Below are positions 50,387 to 64,000 of a stretch of 64,000 nucleotides of DNA, piece after piece. The stretch covers positions 4,588,001-4,652,000 of the forward strand of contig CM035355.1 of assembly GCA_020137815.1 (NCBI GenBank), written 5' to 3'. Numbering within the stretch: the stretch's first letter is position 1; every line of letters starts with the position of its first letter. Both the position numbers and the translations under genes were made by a program. This DNA comes from Hormiphora californensis (lineage: Eukaryota > Animalia > Ctenophora). The notes beneath the pieces were generated by a model, which was not told where the DNA came from, ran no database searches, and worked only from the letters and a program-made list of their open reading frames with translations.

Positions 50387-51053
50387 TGCAGGATCAGTTT
50401 CATTTAATTTTGAGGATTTTCAGTGATCAAACTCAAAGAAAGCTCTCCAAAACTAAAAAGAAGCAAAGTCAAGATGAAAGGTCCTTTTACTTTTAGTAGA
50501 ACATCTCGTCTTTGTCAGACAATTATTGTCTCTACAAGTACAATTCAAAAAGTATTTCTTTGGTTTTGCATAAAATAAATTAAGTTATAAATACAAAACG
50601 ATTAAAAATATTCTTCCACATCCCTTTTCTTCTAGAACTTCTAGTAAAACTTCTACAGAACAAGAATAACCGTTAACTTAAATCATTCCCCAGACTGCCC
50701 AACTATCGAGGCTGAAAATTATATTTCCGCCTCGACCGTATAGCTATTTAGCTCGCTCTTTCTCTGACGCACAGTTTGAGACTTGATCACATTTTAAGGG
50801 GTGCTCCTAAACGATTTAACTAGGCCAGGGTTGATGGTGGATGGTGAACACTGATATAGTATAATGATAATAAAACAATATAAAATCTTCCAGACCAAAT
50901 AAAATTTAAAAAATAAATGTCATGACAGTCCTAGGCATCTTTTTATCAGCCCTTCTTCTGCACATGTCCCGAACTGGTCGTGTAATTGGGAAAGATAATT
51001 GGGGTCTCTCTCCTCCCCTTGCTTCCCTATTCCTATCCAATTTGTCTCCCTTT

Positions 51054-60994
<9,941 letters not shown>

Positions 60995-61071
60995 AGCTAT
61001 ATAGTGGAGGTAGTGGAGTTAAATCATAAACGTCATGAGGTAGGGGGAAGGGGGTAAATGTCACGGTGTGA

Positions 61072-61149
61072 CTGTCAGAGCATTGGCCTGACCAATTCTC
61101 GTTGCTCTCGGAGCGCGCGAGAACTGTGGTCAGCGCATTGGCCTGACTG
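61072..61149. promoter_or_regulatory. Paired CCAAT-containing element upstream of CLNS1A (dispersed family)
   Basis: CTGTCAGAGCATTGGCCTGACC...GGTCAGCGCATTGGCCTGAC about 80-150 bp upstream of the CLNS1A start; related copies at 1080, 8353, 23455. Confidence 0.4.
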
Positions 61150-61407
61150 CGGTGTGAGACGTTATCATAACAGGGTAAGAGGGTCATTATACGGAGCCGA
61201 GGGGGGGGGGGAGGGAGTATCATCCATGGTGAGATTCAGTACAGAGCAGAATAGATAGCAGGGGGAGCCTAAAAAGGTAGTATACATTTGGCTGTTTCTC
61301 TTGATCATTTCAATTAACTAAACCACTTCGTCTGAAAAACTAATTTGTACTTCTTGACCGCATTACTCAGCTTCACAAGACACCCAAGGAGAAACCCTGT
61401 CTATTAC

Positions 61408-61471
61408 CTGTCTGGCGCCGCCGACCCCATCTGACCGCACTGTCAAATTGGGGTCTGGCGCCGCCAGACAG
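61408..61471. repeat. ~65-bp hairpin element (CTGTCTGGCG family)
   Basis: CTGTCTGGCGCCGCCGACCCC...GGCGCCGCCAGACAG; related copies at 22888-22956 and 11262-11292. Confidence 0.6.
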
Positions 61472-61708
61472 TTCTCTACCACCTGCGCCACCACCTCTCC
61501 TACCCAGTACCCACTTGCCGATAAGAGGGTACACCTTACTCAAAGCTCTATGTACAATTTTGCACCTAGCTACTCAGCCCCCATTACACGATGTCTACGG
61601 AGAGTGTGGTTATTACCAAATACGACCTAATCATAACTTTGTCATAGCCGCCTCTCAGTATAGCTCTCCCATTGGTCTTCAATCTCCCATTAGCGACTTT
61701 CTCTCTGA

Positions 61709-61761
<53 letters not shown>

Positions 61762-62072
61762 TCTCCTCTTTCAATAATCCCATAATAATTATAGCGTCGT
61801 AATGGCACCCCTCTTACCCACTATGATCGGGAATTATTTTCAGTTTCTTTTCTTAACTTTCCTTAGATTTCAATGTTAAAATTTGCCTAAATTTGTAATA
61901 TGAACGATTGGAATTCAGCTGTGTATTGTGCAACAGATCATGATCTTTAGCTCATGAGACGCAATGCATACATAGTGCACATACTGAGGCATATACTTGC
62001 TTCCAATCTTCATATATTCTCTCTTTTAGTTCCTCTGGCCCTACTCGCTGTCTATCTCTATCTATCCATCTA

Positions 62073-62109
<37 letters not shown>

Positions 62110-62462
62110 ACATCTATCTATCTCTCCCTCTCGCTCCCTCTCTCTCAGTAATGAATTACCATCGGCCCATATACCATCGCAATCAGTATACTGAATATTG
62201 TACATGTTTTTTTTTCGGAGGAAGAATGAAAGAAAGATATAGGGATAGAGAGGGAGATTGAGAAAGAGAGAAGTAGAGAAAAAGAGGATATCTATGAAAT
62301 TATATGGCAGTTAAACACGTATGAAAATATGACAAAGAGAGAGAGAGAGAGAGTTTGGGAACGAAATTGGGAGAAATAGATTGAAAGAGAGAAATAGAGA
62401 TAGAGAGAATTTGTGTGTGAGAGATAGTGAGAGAGAAAGAGACGATAGGGAGAGTATATGAG

Positions 62463-62498
<36 letters not shown>

Positions 62499-62658
62499 TC
62501 GTGGTTTGGGGAGCAAAAAAAGCTGCAGCTGCCGTAGACATAAAGCGAATGGTACTCAGCTGTGTGTTAATATATACCAAAATGAAAACACAGCAGTCTA
62601 AGTTAGACTCTAACACAGCTGGCAAATGTATTGTAGGAAAGATATAGAGAGATAGAGA

Positions 62659-62722
<64 letters not shown>

Positions 62723-64000
62723 TGTTGATACCACCACGTGCTTTGTATTTTACATCATCCTAGCCATTGAACAATTGCATTATGAAACTACCTTTCACTA
62801 GTTTTGTACATTAAATCACACTTGTGTCTGCTATCCTTTCTTTTCCCAATTTGAAGACTGCAACTGTTTATCCAATTCTATCTCGCTTTTTCCAATTTTC
62901 AGTTAGACACTTCCGTCTTTGGACGAGACGCAGCCCAAAAATGTCTGGCTGAGAATTGGAAAATAGAGATGGGGAACACTGTTGGCATGGCACATCTAGG
63001 ACGGGTGAGCTTTAATTGAGATTTTTCGTTTCTAGATAGTATACATCACATGTGCAAACCTAGCATATACACACCATCTCTAAGGAGAGGGGGTTGAACG
63101 CCGGGGTGCCCGTTTGGATAAGCTGGGGGGGAGGCCCAACCCGTAAAGGGGCGAAGAAAAAGATGTCTCTTCGGCTCTCTTTCAAACTTTCACCCCCATA
63201 TTCCACACACCCTCTCTCCCCCGCTCTCCCTTCTTTCTTCTTCGTCTCTCAGGAAGAACGCACACATGCCCGTCCCTCTCTCTCGATTTATATATTTTTC
63301 TCTTCTCTCTCTCCTCTCTCTTTCTCCTCTTCCTTCCTCTTTCCATCTTAGCCCCCCCCCCCTACTCGCGCAGAGCATGCCTCGCCCACTATGGTTTCGC
63401 GAACCTTTCCATTCACCCTTTCTACCTCTATCTCCTTCTCTATTCTCTCTCTCTCTCTCTCGTCCACTAACACGCACCACTCCCCATGAAACCTAAGGCC
63501 CATGTTGGAACAGGGTTAAATCCCCGACCCGATCCTGTTCCCCCAGGCCTGCGGAGTAAAGGTAGGTAGAACAATGTACTCTCTCTCTCTCCCTTTTTCT
63601 CTCTCTCTCCCTCTCTTTCTCTCCGACTCCAAGATAGATGCTAGTCTTTGTTCACAGCTTGCAGCTCAGATGCCGTTTGCCTCAACATATTAGTTTGCTC
63701 TCTTGATAATGATAGTTCAGTGCGCAACTTTTCCCATCCGCAGCATTTTCTACATTCCACTCGATTTGATTCTTTCTGCTTCTTTTTTACTCGAATAATG
63801 ACTTATGACATGTAAAGAGCTGTTGTTGCGTAACGAAGTTTGAAGTTTTTGCTTCTTTTGTTACATCAGCCGCCAGTAAATTCATTAATTCTAGTAAAAT
63901 ATTATTCATTAATTTTGTTCTGTGGAACTGCATGCAGTTGACAGGTATTTACCCCATTCTTCTTTGTTAAATAATCAGCTGCTTAAATCTAGTCAGTTGA

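Overview
AT-rich, microsatellite-rich eukaryotic (animal) genomic DNA with GT-AG introns; no prokaryotic features, rRNA, tRNA or CRISPR seen. A ~110-bp repeat at 45578 and an extracellular 'WDLEGTPIQIKTDS' domain resemble sequences I recall from ctenophores (Pleurobrachia-like); this is inference only. Spliced genes read by hand: CTR1/SLC31 copper transporter (+), SLC34/NaPi-II phosphate transporter (+), an acidic/coiled-coil/RS-Pro-rich protein (-), a secreted pentraxin-sushi protein (+), COPS6 (-), TMEM11 (-, 5' exon not found) and CLNS1A/ICln (-). Three structures stand out. (1) A cluster of four domain-shuffled minus-strand genes with intron-free CDSs (BTB-BACK-RRM, BTB-BACK, RRM-repeat-Cmotif, repeat-Cmotif), arranged as two closely spaced pairs beside COPS6. 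(2) About ten local tandem duplications that straddle splice junctions, including a 12-copy donor array in COPS6. (3) Most long introns carry a 0.9-2.4 kb non-coding foldback or TIR element; their ends resemble different DNA-transposon superfamilies (Chapaev-, Kolobok-, MULE-like) yet several share internal modules. Exon coordinates were counted by eye and may be off by a few bases.
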